DNA of 35,142 nucleotides, taken from NCBI GenBank assembly GCA_964534245.1, contig CAZHQU010000002.1, positions 1 through 35,142 of the forward strand. Direction: 5' to 3'. How positions within the stretch are numbered: the first letter of the stretch is position 1; each line of letters starts with the position of its first letter. The position numbers and the translations under genes were made by a program. The notes beneath the pieces are model-generated. The model searched no databases. It was not told the DNA's origin and saw only the letters and a list, made by a program, of their open reading frames with translations. Shown in pieces: positions 1 through 8,177 of the stretch. The DNA is from an uncultured Coprobacillus sp. Its GTDB lineage: Bacteria > Bacillota_I > Bacilli_A > ML615J-28 > CAG-698.

Positions 1-51
1 GATATAAATAAAATTTAATTTAGATAACAATATAAATATGTGAGGTATATT

Positions 52-2256
52 ATGAAAACAAAATCAATGAAAATAGTAGATAATAAAATCTATATGGGTA
101 ATTATTCTTTAGAAGAATTAGGTAAAAAGTATGGAACACCACTTTATGTGTATGATGAAATTGGATTAGTTGATAAAATCAATCGTTACAAGAACTCTTT
201 TAAGAGTGACAAATATGACTGTAGAGTAGTGTATGCGTCTAAAGCTTTTATTTGCCCAAGACTTGCTTCAATTTTAAGAGAAAGAAACGTTTATATTGAT
301 GCTATTAGTGCTGGTGATTTATACTTATTAAAACAATCTAATTATCCAATGGAAATGGTTGTTTTACATGGAAACAATAAATCTTATGCTGAATTAACTG
401 AAGCAGTAGAGTCTAACATTGGTTATGTTGTTGTTGATAACTATCACGAACTTAAACTTTTAAAAGAAATTACTGAAACTAAGAAGATGAAAGTTAGAAC
501 TTTATTTAGAATTAATCCTGGTATTGAAGGACATACTCATGCTTATATTGAGACATCACTTCTTGATTCTAAATTTGGTGAATCTATTTATGATAAAGAA
601 TTACAAGATAAAATCTTTAATTTGTATAAAGAAAGTGAATATATTGAATTTGATGGTTTCCATGCACATATAGGATCTCAAATTACTAATGGGGATTGTT
701 ATATTGCTTTGCAAAAGAAACTTATAGGTTTTATGAAAGAAGTTAAAGAAAAATATGGATTTGAGTTTAAGACTTTAAACGTTGGTGGAGGTTTTGGTAT
801 CAAGTATCTTGATGAAGATGAAGAACTAGATATTGAATCTTTACTTCCAAAATTAATTGAATCAATTGATGAAGAATTAAAAGCTAATGGCTTAGAAGTT
901 AAGAACTTAATGATTGAACCTGGTAGAAGTATTGTTGGAGACTCTTGTGTCACTATCTATACTTGTGGGGGAGTTAAGAGAACTTATGCTAATGTAGAAT
1001 ATATCTTTATTGATGGTGGTATGCCTGATAATATTAGACCTGCTTTATATGATGCTAAATATACTATTAAAAATGCTAGTAGATATGAAGATAAAGAATA
1101 TAAGAAATATAATATAAGTGGTAAATGCTGTGAAAGTGGTGACATTATTGCTAGAGGTGTTGAACTACCAGTTGCTAAAGTTGGTGACACTATTGTAGCA
1201 TTCACTACTGGTGCATATTGTTATTCTATGTCTATGAATTATAATGAATTAACAAAACCTGGTGTTATTTTTGTTAATGGCGATAAAGTTACTGAAGTTG
1301 TTAAGAGACAAACGCCAGCTGATATGTTATCTTGTCATGTGTTTACTGATGATGTGAAAATTTTTGATACTCATAGTGATATGTTATATGCTCTTGATCG
1401 TAAGTTGAAAGCAGGAGTAGAAAATCATTTTGAAGATTATCATGTTAATCAATTAAAGAATAGTGTAATCTCTGGTGGTTTATGGACAATGTATTCTCCT
1501 GATGACTTTGATTTAGTTGAAGGATTAAAGAATGCTTTAAAACAAATTGATATGTCTAAACTTCCTGGATTTAAAGTTATCTTAGGTTTAGAAGGATTAA
1601 GAAACTTAAAAACTGTTGAAGATTTAGATGAAATCTATGCATTGGGTTTCCGCCATGCGATGGTTACTTGGAATGAAGCTAATCACTTCGCAACAGGAGC
1701 TAGACCTGGAAAAGATGTAGACCCAAATAGAGGAATTACTGAAGAAGGTAAGAAATTATACAAACGTATGCAAGAGTTGGATATGATTATCGACTTAGCG
1801 CATTTAAACGAAAAGAGTTACTATGAAGCTTTAGAAATCGTTGATAAGAATATTATTTATTCTCACGGCTTATGTAAAGCATTATGTGATCACCCAAGAA
1901 ATCTGACTGATGATCAAATGATTGCTTTAAAGAAAGTTGATGGTTTATTTGGTTTAACTTTAGCTAATAACTTTGTAAGTCCTAATAAAGCGGAACAAGA
2001 TTTAGAACATTTCTTAGATCATTTAGATCATGCTGTTAAATTCATGAGCATTGATAATATTTGTTTTGGTTTCGACTTTATGGATTATTTAAGCGAATTC
2101 CCTAATTCAAATATCGTTGATGTATCAGACGCCACAAAAGCATATAGAATTATTGATGGAATGAGAAGAAGAGGATATAGTGAAGAAGATATTCAAAAAG
2201 TATGTTATAAAAACTTTTATGAAAGATATAAGGACAAAGTAGTTTATGGTAAATAA
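52..2256 (+). CDS. lysA: Fusion protein: diaminopimelate decarboxylase (PLP, fold-type III) N-terminal domain + M19 (renal-type) zinc dipeptidase C-terminal domain
   Basis: LysA motifs: VYASKAF (PLP lysine), GGGFGIKY, EPGRSIVG, GKCCESGD, GAYCYSMSMNYN. From about nt 1357 there are M19 motifs: FDTHSD (HxD), ILGLEGL, DLAHLNEKS, IYSHG, HPRNLTDDQ, FGFDFMD. The frame is continuous across the junction. The ORF track starts at GTG 40, but ATG 52 lies 6 nt after GAGG (42-45), so 52 is preferred. Confidence 0.8.
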   Translation: MKTKSMKIVDNKIYMGNYSLEELGKKYGTPLYVYDEIGLVDKINRYKNSFKSDKYDCRVVYASKAFICPRLASILRERNVYIDAISAGDLYLLKQSNYPMEMVVLHGNNKSYAELTEAVESNIGYVVVDNYHELKLLKEITETKKMKVRTLFRINPGIEGHTHAYIETSLLDSKFGESIYDKELQDKIFNLYKESEYIEFDGFHAHIGSQITNGDCYIALQKKLIGFMKEVKEKYGFEFKTLNVGGGFGIKYLDEDEELDIESLLPKLIESIDEELKANGLEVKNLMIEPGRSIVGDSCVTIYTCGGVKRTYANVEYIFIDGGMPDNIRPALYDAKYTIKNASRYEDKEYKKYNISGKCCESGDIIARGVELPVAKVGDTIVAFTTGAYCYSMSMNYNELTKPGVIFVNGDKVTEVVKRQTPADMLSCHVFTDDVKIFDTHSDMLYALDRKLKAGVENHFEDYHVNQLKNSVISGGLWTMYSPDDFDLVEGLKNALKQIDMSKLPGFKVILGLEGLRNLKTVEDLDEIYALGFRHAMVTWNEANHFATGARPGKDVDPNRGITEEGKKLYKRMQELDMIIDLAHLNEKSYYEALEIVDKNIIYSHGLCKALCDHPRNLTDDQMIALKKVDGLFGLTLANNFVSPNKAEQDLEHFLDHLDHAVKFMSIDNICFGFDFMDYLSEFPNSNIVDVSDATKAYRIIDGMRRRGYSEEDIQKVCYKNFYERYKDKVVYGK

Positions 2257-3319
2257 TAAAGTTAGAGAACTCATTGAAAGATTAGAAACAGCAGTTAAAG
2301 AAGGGATATTTCCAGGAGGAAATTTTGCTTTAGTATGTAGCGAAGGAACGTTTACTGGAACTGTTGGTAAAAAAGCCTTATTTCCAAAAGAAGAAGCTAA
2401 TGATATCGATACACTTTATGATATGGCATCATGCTCTAAAGTATTAAGTACAACAACTTGTGTTTTAAAACTTTTAGAACAAGGGAAATTAAAATTATTT
2501 GATACAGTAAAAAAATACTTGCCTAGATTTAAATATGAAAATATTCTTATATGGGACTTAATAACTCATACATCAGGACTTCCTGCTGGTGTAAGTGGAG
2601 TATGTAAGATTAAAAGTCGTGAAGAAGCATTAGATAAGATTTATGACTTAGATTTAATTTATGAAAAGAATACAAAAATAGTTTATTCTGATATCGGATT
2701 CATATTATTAGGATTTATAATTGAAGAGGTATCAGGAATGACTTTAGATAAATATGCTAAAGAAAATGTGTTTGATCCTTTAGAAATGTATGATACAGGA
2801 TACAATCCAGTTGACAAATTAAGATGTGCACCAACTGAAGAACGTAATGATGATATCGTAAAAGGTATAGTACGTGGAAACGTTCATGATGAAATGGCGT
2901 ATATCTTGGGTGGAGTTGCTGGGCACGCAGGACTATTTAGTACATGTAAAGACGTATCTCATTTTATTGAGATGGTTCTTAACTATGGTGAATACAATGG
3001 TAAAAAGATTTTATCAAAAGCTACTATTGACTTAATGTTCACTCCTCAAGTTCAAGAGAAAAAAGGTATTGCTTTAACTCTTAATACTCGTGGAATCGGT
3101 TGGATTGTACAAGGAGATTACTGCTCAGCTGGTGACTTAGCTAGCCCGGAAACAATACTTCATACAGGTTTCACTGGAACAAATGTGTTTATTGATCGAA
3201 TAAATATGGTCGGATTCTCTCTTCTTACAAATAGAGTTCATCCAACTAGACAAAATACAAAAATCATACCTTATAGAGGTATGTTAGGAAATTATATTAT
3301 TGCTAATTTTGGCGAATAA
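2246..3319 (+). CDS. Cytoplasmic serine hydrolase of the beta-lactamase/PBP fold; possible AmiE-like MurNAc-L-Ala amidase
   Basis: SxxK motif ASCSKV, YxN-like YSDIGF and KTG-like HTGFTG. No signal peptide. The start overlaps the upstream stop by 11 nt. The amidase role is inferred only from context (LdcA and NagZ nearby) and from the B. subtilis AmiE precedent. Confidence 0.7.
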   Translation: MVNNKVRELIERLETAVKEGIFPGGNFALVCSEGTFTGTVGKKALFPKEEANDIDTLYDMASCSKVLSTTTCVLKLLEQGKLKLFDTVKKYLPRFKYENILIWDLITHTSGLPAGVSGVCKIKSREEALDKIYDLDLIYEKNTKIVYSDIGFILLGFIIEEVSGMTLDKYAKENVFDPLEMYDTGYNPVDKLRCAPTEERNDDIVKGIVRGNVHDEMAYILGGVAGHAGLFSTCKDVSHFIEMVLNYGEYNGKKILSKATIDLMFTPQVQEKKGIALTLNTRGIGWIVQGDYCSAGDLASPETILHTGFTGTNVFIDRINMVGFSLLTNRVHPTRQNTKIIPYRGMLGNYIIANFGE

Positions 3320-3354
3320 AAACTTACGATAATTTAAATAGAGGAGAAAAAAAT

Positions 3355-4344
3355 ATGTGTAATGTTACATTAAAACCATTTAAGAAAGAAATGACTGAAG
3401 AAGTTGTAAAACTTTGGAATGAAAATGCTTATGGCCATACTATTTATGCTGAACTGTCTACTGAAGAATTTACTAGTAAATTCTTAAATAATCCTGATTA
3501 TAAAGAAGAAGGTAGCGTAGTAGCCTGTGATGGTAATGAAATAGTTGGTTTTGGTAATGCTATTTACAGATTAGGAACTGATCCTGCTGTTCAACCAGGA
3601 TATATCACTATGATTGTTGTAAAGATTGAATATCAAAGAAAAGGAATTGGCACACAAATTCTCAAATATCTTGAAGCGTTCTTAAAAGCTGAAGGTAGAA
3701 CATTTATTCGTAATTTCTTTGGTTCACCAATTAATTTAAAATGGTACGTTCCAGGATATGATAAACATGAACATGCTGGAGCACCTGCTGTTCCATATAA
3801 CACACCTTATTACTATTTGTTATTAGCAAATAGATATGTTTCAAATGGACAACAAGATGCATTCCATGTTGATTTAACTAAATTTGAAATGCCTAAGCCA
3901 GTATTAGATAAAATTGCTGAAAATGAAAAAGATGGATATACATTAACTTACTACGATCCAAAATTACATTATGGATTTGAAGAAATGTTTGACGCATTAA
4001 ATCATGATGGATTTAGAATGGCAGTAAGAAACGTATTAGCACAAGAAAACCCAGCTCCATTATTAATTGCTCAAAAAGATGGAGAAATCTTAGGATTCAC
4101 TGGACCAGTTAGAACTGAACCGAGTGGAAGAGCGTTCTTAGCAGGTGTTGCTATTCATCCAAAAGCTCAAAAACGTGGACTTGGTAAAACAATGTTCTGC
4201 GAATTATGTAATAGATCAAAACAAAATGGTGCTACATTCATGACATTATTTACAGGTAGTGACAATAAAGCTCGTAACATTTATTTATATGCTGGTTTAA
4301 GAATTGTTCAATCATTTAATGTTATGAGAAAAGATTTAGTTTAA
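3355..4344 (+). CDS. GNAT-family N-acetyltransferase with two tandem GNAT domains (329 aa)
   Basis: Two acetyl-CoA motif-A-like segments, QRKGIGTQIL (N-terminal half) and QKRGLGKTMF (C-terminal half). A GAGGAG RBS sits upstream of ATG 3355. Confidence 0.75.
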   Translation: MCNVTLKPFKKEMTEEVVKLWNENAYGHTIYAELSTEEFTSKFLNNPDYKEEGSVVACDGNEIVGFGNAIYRLGTDPAVQPGYITMIVVKIEYQRKGIGTQILKYLEAFLKAEGRTFIRNFFGSPINLKWYVPGYDKHEHAGAPAVPYNTPYYYLLLANRYVSNGQQDAFHVDLTKFEMPKPVLDKIAENEKDGYTLTYYDPKLHYGFEEMFDALNHDGFRMAVRNVLAQENPAPLLIAQKDGEILGFTGPVRTEPSGRAFLAGVAIHPKAQKRGLGKTMFCELCNRSKQNGATFMTLFTGSDNKARNIYLYAGLRIVQSFNVMRKDLV

Positions 4345-4378
4345 TTTATAAACTAATATACAAAAATAAAGTGAAAAA

Positions 4379-4415
4379 TATAGACTATATAGTGAATAAT
4401 ATAGTATAGACTATA
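4379..4415. promoter_or_regulatory. Candidate operator: two exact copies of the 11-bp palindrome TATAGaCTATA (4379-4389, 4405-4415)
   Basis: Exact 11-mer repeated 26 bp apart in the 121-bp gap upstream of the LD-carboxypeptidase gene. The second copy extends to TAGTATAGACTA, which resembles the TGGT-N-TA-N-ACCA core of GntR/HutC (DasR/NagR-type) sites. No binding protein is encoded in the window. Confidence 0.3.
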
Positions 4416-4465
4416 AACAAATAAAAAAATATTTATATAAAAATTATTAGATAGGAATTAGAATT

Positions 4466-5401
4466 ATGCTATTAAAACATCTATCAAAAGGTGATACAAT
4501 TGGGATTATTAATCCATCATTTAAAAACCCTATAGACTCATTGACTAGATATAGCAAAATGATTGAGTGCATTGAAGGTTTAGGCTATAAAATTAAATTT
4601 GGTAAATCATTCTTTGCTGAAGAGGGTTATTTAGCTGGTAGTGATGAACTTCGAGCAGAAGATGTTAACGATATGTTTAGAGATGAAGAAGTTAAAGCAA
4701 TCGTTTGTATGCGTGGTGGTTATGGCGCTAGTAGAATGATTGATAAAGTTGACTTTGCTTTGATTAAAGAAAATCCAAAAATTATTTGTGGATTTAGTGA
4801 TATTACCGTGTTATTAAATGCAATTAGTAAGAAATGTGATATTCCAACTATTCATGGTTTGGTTGGTATATATATTGGATCTAACTCTTGTGATGAAGGT
4901 TCACTTGATGATTTTTGGAAAGTTCTTACTGAAAAACAAAAAGGAAGAGTTTTACAAAATCCTAATGATAAGTGTAAAACGTTAGTGGGTGGTAAAGCTA
5001 CTGGAAAACTAGTTGGTGGTAACTTAAGCTTAGTAGCAACGCTTGTTGGATCTGAGTATGAAGTAGATTTCACTGATAAAATTGTATTCTTAGAAGAAGT
5101 TTCTGAGGAACCTTACCAAGTTGATAGATATCTTTCAGCAATCCGTCTTCGTGGAATGTTTGAAAAGGCTAAAGGTTTTGTGTTTGGATATTTTACTGGT
5201 AGTGAACCAAGTGAAAGTCGAAAAGGAACTCAAACAATAATGGATGTAATAAAACATTATGTTGAAAAATTAGGAAAACCAGTTATATATGATTTTGCAT
5301 GTGGTCACAGTTTTCCATTTGTTAACTTACCGATAGGCACTACTGTTACACTAGATGCCGATGCAAAAACAATAACAATTGAGGAGGAAATTTATGAGTA
5401 A
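4466..5401 (+). CDS. ldcA: LD-carboxypeptidase (peptidase S66; muramoyl-tetrapeptide carboxypeptidase)
   Basis: S66 triad context: GFSDITVLL (Ser), FLEEVSEEPYQVDRYL (Glu), CGHSFPFVNLPIG (His). About 310 aa, with no signal peptide. Confidence 0.85.
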   Translation: MLLKHLSKGDTIGIINPSFKNPIDSLTRYSKMIECIEGLGYKIKFGKSFFAEEGYLAGSDELRAEDVNDMFRDEEVKAIVCMRGGYGASRMIDKVDFALIKENPKIICGFSDITVLLNAISKKCDIPTIHGLVGIYIGSNSCDEGSLDDFWKVLTEKQKGRVLQNPNDKCKTLVGGKATGKLVGGNLSLVATLVGSEYEVDFTDKIVFLEEVSEEPYQVDRYLSAIRLRGMFEKAKGFVFGYFTGSEPSESRKGTQTIMDVIKHYVEKLGKPVIYDFACGHSFPFVNLPIGTTVTLDADAKTITIEEEIYE

Positions 5402-6710
5402 ACCAATTAAAAGATTTTGTTTTGAGGGGAATATTAAATATTTTGGATCTAATGTTGATGTAACGATTCCGGATGAATATGTTGAAAAAGATGTTGAACT
5501 TCGTGGTGCGTGGTTATCGACTGTTGCAAATATTGATATTCCTAAGATGAAGGATACGTCTTTAGAAAGTCAAGAAGAATTAAAGAAATATTTATTAAAG
5601 GTAATTGACACATTGAAGGAATTTAATATGAATACTATTATTTTCCAAGTAAGACCAGTTAATGATGCTTTATATAAATCTAAATTAAATCCATGGAGTT
5701 CTGTATTAACAGGTGTTGAAGGTATGGATCCTGGTTTTGATGTGTTTGGATACTTCTGTGAAGAAGCTAAGAAAAATAATATTGATGTTCATGCTTGGAT
5801 TAATCCATATAGAGCAGGAAGAATTGACATTGTTGAAGCGAAGATGACTAAAGAAGAATTCATTGCCACTCTTGCTCCAAATAACTTTGCAAGAATGCAT
5901 CCAGAGTGTACAATTCTTACAAAACAAAATAAATTATTATTAGATCCTGCTAATGAATTAGTAAGAGAATATGTAAGTGATAGTATTGTTGAGATTGCTA
6001 AAAACTATGATATTAAAGCAATTCACATTGATGATTATTTCTATCCATATGAACAAGTAGCTGATCCAGATGAAGAACAAAAACAAAAAGAAGCTGGATT
6101 TGAAAAAGTAAGTGACTTTAGAAGACATAATGTTAATTTAATGATTGAATTAATTCATAATAAACTTGCTAAACTTGACAAGAAAGTTGAATTTGGTATT
6201 AGTCCATTTGGTATTTATCGTACTGATAGTAAATATTTTGATGAAGAAGATGAATCTGCTTGGGAATTTGGATCTAATAATGCTAAAGGCTGTACAACTA
6301 ATTATAAAGGTTTATATGCTGATGTTTATAAGTGGATGGAAGAAGGCTGGATTGACTATGTAGTTCCTCAAGATTATTGGGACTTAGATAATACTAAATT
6401 AGATGAAGAAGGAAAAGAAGTTTGCGTAGTTAGATATGCTGATATCGCTAAATGGTGGAGTTGGGCTGCTGAAAAGACTAATACTAAACTTTATATTGGT
6501 CAAGCATTCTATCGTTATACTAAGGAAGGCCCTTGGGCTAATCCAGAAGAAATTCCTAATCAATTAAAATATAATCAAAACTATGAAAACATTCTAGGAA
6601 CAATTTTCTTTACATTTAGAGATTTCTATCGTGAAGATTGTGAAAGTATTGTTGAAGGAAAGAAACTTCTTAAGACTTTATGGACAAAACCAGCTAAAAG
6701 TGGTTATTAG
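5394..6710 (+). CDS. Glycosyl-hydrolase-like family 10 protein (GHL10/UPF0748, YddW/DigH/YngK-like), cytoplasmic
   Basis: Family-typical segments ELRGAWLSTVANIDIP, FQVRPVNDALYKS and VHAWINPYR. No signal peptide. The ORF track starts at TTG 5379, but ATG 5394 follows GAGGAGG (5381-5387), so 5394 is preferred. It overlaps the ldcA stop. Confidence 0.7.
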   Translation: MSKPIKRFCFEGNIKYFGSNVDVTIPDEYVEKDVELRGAWLSTVANIDIPKMKDTSLESQEELKKYLLKVIDTLKEFNMNTIIFQVRPVNDALYKSKLNPWSSVLTGVEGMDPGFDVFGYFCEEAKKNNIDVHAWINPYRAGRIDIVEAKMTKEEFIATLAPNNFARMHPECTILTKQNKLLLDPANELVREYVSDSIVEIAKNYDIKAIHIDDYFYPYEQVADPDEEQKQKEAGFEKVSDFRRHNVNLMIELIHNKLAKLDKKVEFGISPFGIYRTDSKYFDEEDESAWEFGSNNAKGCTTNYKGLYADVYKWMEEGWIDYVVPQDYWDLDNTKLDEEGKEVCVVRYADIAKWWSWAAEKTNTKLYIGQAFYRYTKEGPWANPEEIPNQLKYNQNYENILGTIFFTFRDFYREDCESIVEGKKLLKTLWTKPAKSGY

Positions 6711-6852
6711 TAATAATATAAATTTATAAATTATATAAGTATTTAGGTTACATATTGAATATCTTAAACTAGGTAAAACTGATATTGATATTAGCGTTAT
6801 TTCTTTAGGATGTGAAGGTTTTTCGGAAAAATCTAAAGAGGAATGCTATGAG

Positions 6853-7905
6853 ATGTTTAAGTATGCATATGAAAGAGGCGTTAACTATATAGATATGTAT
6901 GCATCCGATCCTGTGTTTCAAGAAAATATAGGGTATGCTATTAAAAAATTAGGTAGATCTAATATTTATATTCAAGGGCATTTATGTTCGGCTTGGAAAA
7001 ATGGTCAATACTATAGAACTAGAAATATTGATGATACTAAGAAAGCTTTTGAAGATATGCTTAAACAAATGAATACATCTTACATTGATGTTGGAATGAT
7101 ACATTATTGTGATGAAATAAGTGATTTTGATAATATTATGAATGGTCTTATTATTGAATATGTTAAAGATTTATTAGATAAAGGCATCATTAAAATGATT
7201 GGTATTTCAACTCATAATCAAAGAGTAGCGATTAAAAGTATCGAGTCAGGTATAATAAATGTTATTATGTTAAGTGTTAATCCTGCGTATGATATGCTTC
7301 CAGAAAATGAAGATGTTGATATTTTATTTGAAGATAAAACTTTTGATAGAGTATATATGGGAATTGATCCATTGAGAGATGAAATGTATAAGCTTTCTGA
7401 AACGAATAAAGTATCTATTACAGTAATGAAACCATTTAGTGGAGGCTTGCTATTTGATAAAAAACGTTCACCATTCGGAAAAGCATTAACTCCAGTTCAG
7501 TGCATAAGCTATGCTCTAGACAGATTGGGTGTTGCTTGTGTATTAGTTGGCGTTAAAAATATTCATGAACTTGAAGAATCATTAAAGTATTTAGTTTCAA
7601 AAAAAGAAGAAAGAGATTATTCGGAAATAATATCAAAAGCTCCTAAAAAAGAATTCGATGGAAACTGTATGTATTGTGGACATTGTGCGCCTTGTACAAA
7701 GGGAATCAATATAGCTAAAGTAAATAAGTTTTTGGATTTAGCTATTACTGAAGGAAAAGTTTTAGAAACTGTGAGAGAACATTATGATGTTTTAGAACGT
7801 CATGCGAGTGAGTGTATTGCCTGTGGAAAATGTTTGAAAAACTGTCCTTTTGGTGTAGACATAATTGGAAAAATGAAACAAGCAAGAAATGTATTCGGTA
7901 GATAA
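6853..7905 (+). CDS. Aldo/keto reductase fused to a C-terminal 2x[4Fe-4S] ferredoxin-like domain; the true start is probably upstream (ATT 6754)
   Basis: AKR body plus cysteine clusters CMYCGHCAPCTKG and CIACGKCLKNCPFG. The conserved AKR N-terminus (EYLKLGKTDIDISVISLGCEGF) is encoded in-frame at 6757-6852, but no ATG, GTG or TTG follows the TAA at 6736-6738. Confidence 0.7.
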   Translation: MFKYAYERGVNYIDMYASDPVFQENIGYAIKKLGRSNIYIQGHLCSAWKNGQYYRTRNIDDTKKAFEDMLKQMNTSYIDVGMIHYCDEISDFDNIMNGLIIEYVKDLLDKGIIKMIGISTHNQRVAIKSIESGIINVIMLSVNPAYDMLPENEDVDILFEDKTFDRVYMGIDPLRDEMYKLSETNKVSITVMKPFSGGLLFDKKRSPFGKALTPVQCISYALDRLGVACVLVGVKNIHELEESLKYLVSKKEERDYSEIISKAPKKEFDGNCMYCGHCAPCTKGINIAKVNKFLDLAITEGKVLETVREHYDVLERHASECIACGKCLKNCPFGVDIIGKMKQARNVFGR

Positions 7906-7954
7906 ATTTGATATAATAATTTAAATTTAAAATATAAAATATTATAAAAATATT

Positions 7955-7985
7955 AGAGTGAAAGTACTAACTTTCGCTCTTTTTT
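7955..7985 (+). terminator. Rho-independent terminator ending unit 1
   Basis: 10-bp stem AGAGTGAAAG / CTTTCGCTCT (one G-T pair), 6-nt loop, followed by TTTTT. Confidence 0.8.
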
Positions 7986-8109
7986 AACATAAAAAAACAG
8001 TAAGAAAATGTAGGAAATTATCGCTAGGTTTTTAAGCAAAACGTTAATTGAGATTATAAAATTTTATAAAAAAAGAATAAAAATAATAAATATAATTTAG
8101 TTTTAAGCA

Positions 8110-8138
8110 TTGAAAAAAAATGGCTTTTGTGCTATAAT
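8110..8138 (+). promoter_or_regulatory. SigA-type promoter with extended -10
   Basis: TTGAAA (8110-8115), 17-nt spacer, TGc-TATAAT (8130-8138). It lies 40 nt upstream of ATG 8178, which has an AGGAG RBS at 8167-8171. Confidence 0.65.
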
Positions 8139-8177
8139 ATGAATAATGAGGAAACTATGAAGATATAGGAGCGTAAT

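Noticed and set aside
40-51. GTG 40 as start of the first gene and TTG 5379 as start of the GHL10 gene (ORF-track coordinates)
   Set aside because: In both cases the putative Shine-Dalgarno sequence lies inside the extended ORF, immediately upstream of an ATG (52 and 5394), so the ATGs are the more likely initiators.
699-1205. Two minus-strand ORFs (699-953, 984-1205) inside the lysA-fusion gene
   Set aside because: They are Ser/Pro/Leu-rich low-complexity translations antisense to a strongly motif-supported gene, with no translation signals.
8054-8069. Perfect 16-bp palindrome TTATAAAATTTTATAA about 40 bp upstream of the -35 element of the 8110 promoter
   Set aside because: It consists only of A and T in a ~270-bp AT-rich spacer, where a palindrome of this kind is expected by chance about once. 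It does not recur elsewhere in the window.
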